This document shows, in pieces, positions 37,767 through 45,217 of a stretch of DNA of 50,922 nucleotides (the stretch's first letter is position 1; each line of letters starts with the position of its first letter). The DNA lies in contig JBATAT010000081.1 in NCBI GenBank assembly GCA_049662005.1, positions 1-50,922 on the forward strand. Reading direction: 5' to 3'. Position numbers and translations under genes: made by a program. Source of the DNA: Tepidiformaceae bacterium. Its GTDB lineage: Bacteria > Chloroflexota > Dehalococcoidia > Tepidiformales > Tepidiformaceae. The notes below the pieces were generated by a model. That model did no database searches. It worked only from the letters and a program-made list of their open reading frames with translations, and was not told the DNA's origin.

Positions 37767-38636
37767 ATGACCGCAACAGAGACAATAGTCACCGACGGCA
37801 TTCGGAAAGGTCCGATCCGGCGCTCCGTGAACGGTGCGATCAATGTGAAGGGCAGCATTCACGACGATGCGACCGCCACCAGGCTCGGCTTGCGCGGCGG
37901 AACGGTGGCAGGGTCGGTGCATATGGACCTCTTTGGGCCGTTGCTCCTCGAGACGTTTGGCGAACGCTGGTGGGAAACGGGGAACCTCTCGCTTTACTTC
38001 GCAAATGCGACGACAGACCGCGAACCCGTCCAGGCCTCGCTGCAAATGCCACTCGGGGATGCGGCAGACAGCCAGGTGCAGGCATGGGTCGACCGCGAAG
38101 ATGGCATGCGTGTGGCGGAAGGAAGTGCTGCCGTGGGACGGCCAACCGAGCCGAGCGCCCTGCTCGGTAAGCCGCTGCGAGAAGTGGCACCGTCCGAACT
38201 GCGAATCCTCGCCAATCTCTATCCGGGCATGCCTCTCGAGGCGCAAACCGCAGTCTACCTGTCAGAGAAGTTCGAGTCCCACATGTCCCGGATCACCGAG
38301 CCGATGGAGATGCATCGCAATTCGCGGTGGGGAGGACCGGTCGTACCGCTCGCCGGGTACGTGAACGTGTTCCATGGACAGGCCCTTTCGGAACTCCGCG
38401 CGAAAATCACCGGCGTCGTTGGCCTGTTCGGGGCGATCGAAATTCGAAATGTTAACGGCCCATTGCTTGTAGGAGCGGAGTATCAGGTTGGTGGCGAGGT
38501 CGTGTCGCTCGGACAGAGCCCGAAGACCGAGTACTTCTGGTATGAAGCGTGGGCAGATGACGCAAGTGGAAAACGTATCGCAGAGCAGCGCATGCAACTG
38601 CGCTTCATGAAGGCATCGAGTTCACTGTACGCATAA
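37767..38636 (+). CDS. Double hotdog-fold MaoC-like (de)hydratase
   Basis: 289 aa. The N-half KGSIHDDATATRLGLRGGTVAGSV is nearly the same motif as the 21055-21441 protein. GAGGAG SD. Divergent from lysR. Confidence 0.7.
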   Translation: MTATETIVTDGIRKGPIRRSVNGAINVKGSIHDDATATRLGLRGGTVAGSVHMDLFGPLLLETFGERWWETGNLSLYFANATTDREPVQASLQMPLGDAADSQVQAWVDREDGMRVAEGSAAVGRPTEPSALLGKPLREVAPSELRILANLYPGMPLEAQTAVYLSEKFESHMSRITEPMEMHRNSRWGGPVVPLAGYVNVFHGQALSELRAKITGVVGLFGAIEIRNVNGPLLVGAEYQVGGEVVSLGQSPKTEYFWYEAWADDASGKRIAEQRMQLRFMKASSSLYA

Positions 38637-38808
38637 CGTCCGGCGCTCAATGTGGTGAATCCTGATCGAGCCGACTCTAGCCGGGAAGATCGAAGACGCT
38701 GCTCGGTCTGAGAGCATGATCCAAGCCGTCGAGCGGGCTGTTCGCTTTCCGGTGGGGCCTATCGCTGCATCACGAACGATTGAGGCGCGGGATCCAGCCG
38801 CACTCCCC

Positions 38809-39843
38809 CTACGACGTCCCGATCGAGAGCAGGTTTTCGACGGGTTTGTAGAGTTCCTCGAGGTAGGTGATGTCTTCCGGGGTGAGCTCGATCTCGGTCG
38901 CGGCGACGAGTTGGTCGAGTTGGGTGAGCTTCGACACTCCGACGACCGGGGCGGTCACTTCGGGCTTGCTCAGGAGCCAGGCGAGCGCGATCTGGGCCGG
39001 AGCTTTTTCGTACTTCTGCGCCACTTCCATCACCCGATCGGCGATCTGGAAGTCCATTTCGCCGCGGTAAAGGCCCTCGGTGCGGACGCGGTCTCGACCC
39101 TTCGAGCGGTCGGTTGAGCCGGCATCGAACCCGCCCTTGTAGGCGCCCGCGAGGATCCCGCGCGCGAGCGGCGACCACGGTGTGAGGGCAACGCCAGTGT
39201 GGGCGCAGTACGGGTTCATTTCGCGCTCTTCTTCGCGGTAGATGAGGTTGTAGTGATTTTGCATCGAGATGAATTTCGTCCAGCCGTGCTTTTCGGCGAC
39301 GTGCTGGAGCTCTGCAAATTGCCAGGCGAACATCGAGGATGCACCGAGATAGAGCACTTTCCCGGCTTTTACCACGTCGTGGAGGGCTTCCATGGTTTCC
39401 TCGAGCGGTGGATGTGCCTGGCCGGGGATGCCGTGCGGGTGGCGGTGGATCGTGAGATGGTCGATGTAGTCGTGGCCGAGGCGCTGGAGGCTCGCATCGA
39501 CGGCTTCCATGATGTGCTTGCGAGAGAGTCCGCCCTGGTTTGCGCCGCGTCCCATGGGGTTTGAAATTTTCGTACCCAGGACGTATTCGTCGCGCGGCGC
39601 GAGTTCTTTCAAGAGGGCGCCCACGACCTTTTCGCAGGCGCCGATGCCGTAGACATCGGCACAATCGAAATAGAAAAGACCCTGTTCGAGCGCGGACTTA
39701 AAGATTGGGCGCGCCTCATCGATCCCGAGGGTCCAGTCGCCCTGGTGGCCACGGCCTGGCTCGCCAAAGTTCATTGTGCCAAGGCAGAGGGGCGAAACGC
39801 GGAGCCCACTGTTCTTCCCGAGTTGGACTGGTTTCATAATCAT
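38809..39843 (-). CDS. Aldo/keto reductase
   Basis: 344 aa. LGTMNFG, FDCADVYG (catalytic Asp/Tyr region) and later AKR blocks. AAGGAG SD before ATG 39843; the ORF opens at 40110. Confidence 0.88.
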   Translation of the reverse strand: MIMKPVQLGKNSGLRVSPLCLGTMNFGEPGRGHQGDWTLGIDEARPIFKSALEQGLFYFDCADVYGIGACEKVVGALLKELAPRDEYVLGTKISNPMGRGANQGGLSRKHIMEAVDASLQRLGHDYIDHLTIHRHPHGIPGQAHPPLEETMEALHDVVKAGKVLYLGASSMFAWQFAELQHVAEKHGWTKFISMQNHYNLIYREEEREMNPYCAHTGVALTPWSPLARGILAGAYKGGFDAGSTDRSKGRDRVRTEGLYRGEMDFQIADRVMEVAQKYEKAPAQIALAWLLSKPEVTAPVVGVSKLTQLDQLVAATEIELTPEDITYLEELYKPVENLLSIGTS

Positions 39844-39908
39844 CCGGACATGCTCCTTTGGTTGAGCCTGGCGAGAGGCGATTGCGGACAAGGACGAGAC
39901 TGTACGCG

Positions 39909-41120
39909 TTAGATGCGTTCGATGACGGCGGCGATGCCCTGGCCGCCGCCGATACACATAGTTTCGAGACCGAATTGGGCGTTCCTGCGCTCCATTTCGT
40001 GGAGGAGCGTAGCCATGATCCTTGCGCCGGTGGCCCCGACAGGGTGGCCGAGGGAGATGCCGGAGCCGTTGGGGTTCAGGCGTTCGAAGTCGCCGTCGTT
40101 GAACTTCCACTCACGCGTGACGGCGAGCACCTGGGCAGCGAAGGCTTCGTTGAGTTCGATGACGTCCATGTCGGCCAGACCCAGGCCGGCGCGCGCGAGG
40201 GCTTTCGCGCTGGCGGTGACGGGGCCGATCCCCATGTACGCCGGGTGCACGCCCGTGACGGCCCAGGAGCGCAGCTTCGCCATTGGCTTGAGGCCCAACT
40301 CTTCTGCGCGTTCGGCGGAGGTGACGATGCAGGCGGCTGCGCCATCGTTCTCGCCGCTCGCGTTTCCGGCGGTAACGGTCGATTCCGGGTCCATGCGTCC
40401 GCGAACCGGCCGCAATTTGGCGAGGCTCTCGCGCGTGGTGTCGCGGCGCGGGTGCTCGTCGGTGGCGAGCATCGTGACGTTCCCTTTTCGATCGGTGACT
40501 GGGAGTGGGACGATTTCAGCATCGAACTTGCCCGAGTCGATGGCGGCGATGGCACGCTGATGCGAGCGGAGCGCGTATTCGTCCTGTTCTTCGCGGGGGA
40601 TGCTGTACTGGCGGCGAAGGTTCTCGGCGGTTTCGATCATGCCGCCTTCGACGGGATAACGGGAGCGTCCAGGAGTGATACGCCCTCGATCGAGCCGGTC
40701 GACGAGCTGGATAGCGCCGCGGTTCGGTCCCCATCGCATCGAGGTCGAGTAGAACTCGACCTGGCTCATGCTTTCGACACCGCCGGCAATGACGACATCG
40801 GCGACGCCGGTTTGCACTTCCATGGCGGCCATGCAGATGGATTGGAGCCCGGAGCCGCAGCGGCGGTCGAGCTGGAGGCCGGGAACTTCGACCGGGAGAC
40901 CCGCCTTGAGTGCCGCGACTCGCCCGGTCGCGGGCGCCTCGGCGTTCGGGTAGCTGTGGCCGAGGATGCACTCATCGACGGCGGTGGGGTCGAGACCAGA
41001 GCGCTGGAGGACGGCTTCGATGACGGTCGAGGCAAGATCTTCGACGGTGACGTCGCGAAAGATGCCTCCGTAGCGGCCGACGGCCGTCCGAACGGGGGTA
41101 CAAATGACTGCTTCGCGCAT
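39909..41120 (-). CDS. Acetyl-CoA C-acetyltransferase / thiolase II
   Basis: Nucleophile segment LDRRCGSGLQS, GHPVGATGARI and the C-terminal CIGGGQGIA. Confidence 0.93.
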   Translation of the reverse strand: MREAVICTPVRTAVGRYGGIFRDVTVEDLASTVIEAVLQRSGLDPTAVDECILGHSYPNAEAPATGRVAALKAGLPVEVPGLQLDRRCGSGLQSICMAAMEVQTGVADVVIAGGVESMSQVEFYSTSMRWGPNRGAIQLVDRLDRGRITPGRSRYPVEGGMIETAENLRRQYSIPREEQDEYALRSHQRAIAAIDSGKFDAEIVPLPVTDRKGNVTMLATDEHPRRDTTRESLAKLRPVRGRMDPESTVTAGNASGENDGAAACIVTSAERAEELGLKPMAKLRSWAVTGVHPAYMGIGPVTASAKALARAGLGLADMDVIELNEAFAAQVLAVTREWKFNDGDFERLNPNGSGISLGHPVGATGARIMATLLHEMERRNAQFGLETMCIGGGQGIAAVIERI

Positions 41121-41230
41121 TGGGTAGTCTCCAGGGGCACCGATTTGGGAACGTGCTCAGTGCCTTGATTCTACGCGGCGCGGATCAGATGGCGCTCCCT
41201 CGCCTCTCCGAGTGACTTATCAACCGTCGG

Positions 41231-41641
41231 CTAAGGCGCAGCGACCGCTGGGGGCTCACTTCCACCGACGGAATCCAGGTGCGAATCAACGGTCTTACGG
41301 AGGTCGGCAAACTCTTCCTGGTGGGACTTGAGTTCTTCGTCGGTCGCGTCTTCCACATCAACGAACTCCGAACGCGCTTCCGTCATTGCATTGATCAGTT
41401 CATCGAGCTTGAGATGCAGTGCCTTGGAATCGTGGTTCTGGGTGTTCTGGATGAGGAACACCATAAGGAATGTGACGATGGTGGTGCCGGTGTTAATCAC
41501 GAGCTGCCAGGTGGCGGAGAACTGGCTGACTGGGCCAAGCGCGGCCCAGACGAGGATGGTGCCGGCCGCGGCAAGGAACGCCCATGTGGAACCCATCCAT
41601 TCTGCTGCTGCGCGCGAGAAGACGCGGAATGCTTCGTTCAT
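41231..41641 (-). CDS. Low-affinity iron permease family (Fet4-like, PF04120-type) membrane protein
   Basis: WQLVINTGTTIVTFLMVFLIQNTQNHDSKALHLKLDELI is the hallmark block of this family as I recall it. 136 aa. Confidence 0.75.
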   Translation of the reverse strand: MNEAFRVFSRAAAEWMGSTWAFLAAAGTILVWAALGPVSQFSATWQLVINTGTTIVTFLMVFLIQNTQNHDSKALHLKLDELINAMTEARSEFVDVEDATDEELKSHQEEFADLRKTVDSHLDSVGGSEPPAVAAP

Positions 41642-41665
41642 TTCACACTCCCGGATGAACGTGAC

Positions 41666-41692
41666 AACGTCCGGGCGAGTGGCCCGGACGTT
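41666..41692 (-). other. Strong hairpin between csbD and the downstream permease-family gene
   Basis: Perfect 11-bp stem AACGTCCGGGC / GCCCGGACGTT with a 5-nt loop and no clear U tract on the transcribed strand. Could be an attenuator, a processing site or a stability element. Confidence 0.4.
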
Positions 41693-41718
41693 TGCGATGT
41701 AGATGATGGTTTGCAGGT

Positions 41719-41910
41719 TTAGCTCCCGAGGGCGTCTCCGACCTTCTTCAAGGCATCCTTGCCTTTTCCGAGGGCCTGCTGGGCTTCGCCTTTAGTTTCC
41801 TGGGCGGCACCCTTTGCTTCCATTTCCTCGTTGCCGGTCATCTCGCCCGCTTTCTTGCGAGCTGCACCAACAGCTTCGTTTGCTTTGCCTTTGATGTTGT
41901 CGTTTTCCAT
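41719..41910 (-). CDS. CsbD-family general stress protein
   Basis: 63 aa. KGKANEAVGAARKKAGEMTGNEEMEAKGAAQETKGEAQQALGKGKDALK is the canonical CsbD repeat pattern. Confidence 0.85.
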   Translation of the reverse strand: MENDNIKGKANEAVGAARKKAGEMTGNEEMEAKGAAQETKGEAQQALGKGKDALKKVGDALGS

Positions 41911-42019
41911 ATGGTTCCTTCCATGAACAGTTTGCGTTCTCTTAAAACCGTATGCTGAGCGACGTTGCGTCAGAACTACAGTCTTTGGGATTGTCTTGCA
42001 ATTCTCTTCTGACTCGAGA

Positions 42020-42169
42020 TTAAAGCAGAATGATTAGCAAGATGATGATGATGATGACAACGACGGCGCCGCTGCCGATGTAGATCCCGCCGGCACCTTC
42101 TTCGTCCTGCTCGATTGTTTGTGCCTGGTCGAGCAGCCTGCGAATGAGTTCGATTTTTGCACGTAGCAT
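42020..42169 (-). CDS. Unannotated 49-aa tail-anchored hydrophobic peptide (hypothetical)
   Basis: Below the ORF-track size cutoff. ATG follows AAAGGAG with a 6-nt spacer. Translation MLRAKIELIRRLLDQAQTIEQDEEGAGGIYIGSGAVVVIIIIILLIILL* is an amphipathic charged helix followed by a C-terminal TM segment. Confidence 0.45.
   Translation of the reverse strand: MLRAKIELIRRLLDQAQTIEQDEEGAGGIYIGSGAVVVIIIIILLIILL
42041..42055. repeat. (GAT)5 trinucleotide repeat, encoding Ile5 on the minus strand
   Basis: gatgatgatgatgat lies inside the TM-coding part of the 49-aa ORF. Confidence 0.9.
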
Positions 42170-42298
42170 AGTTGACTCCTTTACCGAGACTGACTTTACT
42201 GCCGGGCCCGTCCCGTAGACATTTCAGCCCAAAGCTTCGACGTTGCAAAGATGTGTCATTGCACCCTGCAACTAACTCTCATCGTCAATACTTCCTGA

Positions 42299-43039
42299 AT
42301 GCACCAAACGCTTAAGGCGCTCCGCGGACTAACCCTCGGCCTCTCGATTTCGGCGATGAACCTGCTCGGCATGTTCCTCACGCTGCTTGTCATCGGGGGG
42401 CTCGGCGATTGGACAACGATGCAGTTCATCGGGGCGTTCGGGGTCTTCGAAATTGCGACCGCGTTCGCGTTCGTCTTCTGCCCGAACATTTGGAGGCTGC
42501 CGGTGATAGAAGCGGAGACGAGCGACCGGACGACAATCCGCCTGACCTGGTCGACTGCTCTAATTCCGCATTGGGCTGGTGGAGCGAAGGCGATCGCCGG
42601 TGTGGCGATGTTCGCGTTCGCGGCCCGGAGCGAGGGCGTCGGGCTCGTCACGCTCGGCATACTCCCGCTGGTTCTGGCAACTGGTCTCTTCGTGATCGGC
42701 GTATCGGCGATTGTCGCGCGGTGGGGTGTGGCCCGGCCTGACCTTGATGTGCTTCAAATCCTCGTGCGGAGGCCGGGGCGCAAGGACTTCCAGGTCCCAG
42801 GGATCAGCATCAGCGCATCGGTGGTTCAAATCGTGCTGGGAGCGTTTACGCTGCCCGTCGTGAAGGTCGCGCCGGCAACGTCGCTGTTCCAGCCGGAAAT
42901 TGGCCCTTCGGCCACCTTCCTCGGAACGATGCTGGTCGCGGCGGTGGCATCTATCCTGGGGACGCTGTTCGTCTGGCGTGGGCGGCTCTCGCGGAACGCC
43001 TCGTTCGAACAACAGCGGAAGGCAGAAGAGCCCGCCTGA
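42299..43039 (+). CDS. Polytopic membrane protein, function unknown
   Basis: 246 aa with about 6 hydrophobic segments and GC3-rich codon usage. I recognise no motif. Confidence 0.55.
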   Translation: MHQTLKALRGLTLGLSISAMNLLGMFLTLLVIGGLGDWTTMQFIGAFGVFEIATAFAFVFCPNIWRLPVIEAETSDRTTIRLTWSTALIPHWAGGAKAIAGVAMFAFAARSEGVGLVTLGILPLVLATGLFVIGVSAIVARWGVARPDLDVLQILVRRPGRKDFQVPGISISASVVQIVLGAFTLPVVKVAPATSLFQPEIGPSATFLGTMLVAAVASILGTLFVWRGRLSRNASFEQQRKAEEPA

Positions 43040-43145
43040 ACTCCCTGGGCGCGATTTCGCGCTATTCGGTCCGATGGCACGGCAAAGGCAGCGGGAAGGT
43101 ACGGACTGCCCCTGCGGTCTTCAATTCGAGCCCGGGCCCTACGAT

Positions 43146-43550
43146 CTAATAGCTGACCATTGCAGGCATGGTCTTCGCCTCAGCAACCCACTTTTCGACG
43201 TCGGCCATGGTTGGCGTGCGGCGAACGAGCTTCTTGGCGGTGTTCACTTCCTCCATCTTGGCGTGGAGGTTATCGGGGCGCCGCGTGGCGAGTTCCTTCA
43301 CCGTATCCACTCCCGATGCTTCGAGCAGATCCGAATATTCGGAACCGACACCGTTGACCCGCATCAGGTCAGCGCGGTTCACCCATTCGAGGATTTGCTT
43401 CGTCGTGAGGTTGGCCTTTTCGGCGAGTGTTTGGCGTCCGGCCGGGGAGCTGCCCTCTTTCAGCAGCGCTTCGACCGTGGAAACGCCGGCCGCTTCGAGA
43501 GCTGCGCCGTACGTTTCGCCGATTCCTTCGATTTCAATGATCTTGGTCAT
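43146..43550 (-). CDS. DUF4332 (tandem helix-hairpin-helix) domain protein
   Basis: IEGIGETYGAALEAAGVSTVEALL and RVNGVGSEYSDLLEASGVDTVKELA are two HhH-like units typical of DUF4332. GAGGAGG SD. Confidence 0.78.
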   Translation of the reverse strand: MTKIIEIEGIGETYGAALEAAGVSTVEALLKEGSSPAGRQTLAEKANLTTKQILEWVNRADLMRVNGVGSEYSDLLEASGVDTVKELATRRPDNLHAKMEEVNTAKKLVRRTPTMADVEKWVAEAKTMPAMVSY

Positions 43551-43675
43551 TCAGGGCCTCCTCGATCGTGCGCCACTTGCGGCGTCGTGCGCATTCTAAC
43601 CGGGAGTATTCACTCGAACAGCACCTGCGAGTGATCACGTTCGCTCGGGCGTTCGTGAGCGGGCAAAATGGCACG

Positions 43676-45217
43676 ATGGCGACGGTCGGTTCCCAGACGA
43701 GCTACGACGACATGCCCTACGAGGGCGGTACTGCGTCTGGCTCGCACCCGGATCGCCTCGCCGCGCTTGGCCGGCTCTTCAGGATGGAGCCCAGGGACGT
43801 GACGAACTGCCGCGTGCTGGAAATTGGTTGCGCGCTGGGAGCGAACCTGTTGCCGATGGCGCACGCGCTCCCAAATAGCGAGTTCACCGGGATTGACTCC
43901 TCCACACGCCAAATTGAAATGGGCAGGGCGATCGTCGCCGAGTATGGGGTGAGCAACCTCAACCTTGTCGCCGCCGATGTTCGGGACATTGCGGACTGGG
44001 ACCGGACGTTCGACTACATCATCTGCCACGGGGTGCTGACATGGGTGCCGCCCGAGGTACAGGACGCGATCGTGGCAGCCTGCCGCGCGCTGCTCGCCCC
44101 CCAGGGCATCGCCTACATCAGCTACAACACACTCCCGGGATTCCACATGCGCGCGGGTGTCGGGGAGATGATGCGTTACCACGGCAGGAACTTCACCAAC
44201 CCGCAGGAACGGCTGGAACAGGCGAAGGCACTGTTGGACTTCCTCGTGACAACCACGGAACGGTTCGCCTCGAACGACCCCGATCGTAATGGATACCACG
44301 ACCTCCTCGCGCACGAACTCCGCATCCTGAACGTTGCGCCAGATTATTACCTTGCGCACGAGCACCTGGTGGACGAACCAACGGCGTTTTACCTGCACGA
44401 ATTCCTGGAGTTCATTGCACCGCACGGGCTCCAGTACCTGGGCGATTCGGATTTGCATACGATGATGCTGCGCGATTTGCCGGACGATGTGGCCACTTCG
44501 GTGAATTCCATTGCTGGCAGCCAGGTAGCCCTCGAGCAGTATCGCGACTTCATCGTCAACCGGATGTTCCGGCGTTCGCTGGTCTGCCGTTCAGATGTCG
44601 AACTTGTCCGGCACATCTCCACCGACGCGATAAAGTCGTGCATCTATCGTCTCAACACCGAACGTCCAGAGGGAAATCCATGGACGATTCGCAAGGTGGG
44701 CGGCTTCGCGGCGGTTGTGAGCGACGCGAACGTCGCGGCTGTTCTGGATGCACTCGATGCGGCCATGCCACATGCGCTGGACTTCGAGACACTGGCTGCA
44801 CGCCTGCCCGGGGGTGGCGCGGCCGACGAGGAACACCTCTGCGCGATCCTGCTCTCACTCCTCTCGCTGGACGCGGTTACCTTTCGCACGTGGTCGCCCG
44901 AAACCGCAGCCACCATTTCCGAACGACCCCGTGCGTTCGGGCCGGCGGCGAGGCAGGCGGCAGCTGGTTCCGTGATGGTTCCCACGCCTTTCCATGAGAG
45001 CCACACGCTCCACCCGTTCGTCGCGCGGATGTTGCCGCTCGTGGATGGCACGCGAACCCATGGAGCGATCGCTACGGCCATGAAGGAGCTGCTGGACAGT
45101 GGTGAACTCGTGCTCGCCGAGCAGCCAGCGGATGAAGCCATCTCGATGACGGAGGCCGAGCGACTGGTGAACGATGGCCTCGAACAGCTGCGCAAGCCCG
45201 GGTTGCTGGTCAGCTAG
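43676..45217 (+). CDS. SAM-dependent methyltransferase with C-terminal methyltransferase-regulatory domain (PKMT-like architecture)
   Basis: SYDDMPYEGGTASGSHPDRLAALGRLF N-terminus, motif I VLEIGCALGANL, DYIICHGVLTWVP, then an approximately 300-aa C-terminal domain. ATG 43676 chosen; the ORF opens at 43568. Confidence 0.78.
   Translation: MATVGSQTSYDDMPYEGGTASGSHPDRLAALGRLFRMEPRDVTNCRVLEIGCALGANLLPMAHALPNSEFTGIDSSTRQIEMGRAIVAEYGVSNLNLVAADVRDIADWDRTFDYIICHGVLTWVPPEVQDAIVAACRALLAPQGIAYISYNTLPGFHMRAGVGEMMRYHGRNFTNPQERLEQAKALLDFLVTTTERFASNDPDRNGYHDLLAHELRILNVAPDYYLAHEHLVDEPTAFYLHEFLEFIAPHGLQYLGDSDLHTMMLRDLPDDVATSVNSIAGSQVALEQYRDFIVNRMFRRSLVCRSDVELVRHISTDAIKSCIYRLNTERPEGNPWTIRKVGGFAAVVSDANVAAVLDALDAAMPHALDFETLAARLPGGGAADEEHLCAILLSLLSLDAVTFRTWSPETAATISERPRAFGPAARQAAAGSVMVPTPFHESHTLHPFVARMLPLVDGTRTHGAIATAMKELLDSGELVLAEQPADEAISMTEAERLVNDGLEQLRKPGLLVS

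Noticed and set aside
22461-40110. N-terminal extensions of track ORFs (22461, 27113, 30992, 31924, 34205, 34759, 40110) taken at face value.
   Set aside because: The extensions overlap upstream genes, lack family similarity, and have internal starts with SD sequences or ATGA coupling that give family-typical N-termini. The coordinates were trimmed accordingly.
20436-41200. The catabolic block as an active integrative element at tRNA-Asp.
   Set aside because: No integrase, recombinase, excisionase, transfer or replication gene was seen, and no attL/attR-like repeat of the tRNA 3' end was seen by eye. It is kept only as a low-interest boundary observation.
41976-42248. 90-aa track ORF (MQRRSFGLKCLRDG...).
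   Set aside because: The translation is Arg-rich with His and Arg runs and has no SD. It overlaps, in another frame, the better-supported 49-aa ORF that has a strong AAAGGAG SD.
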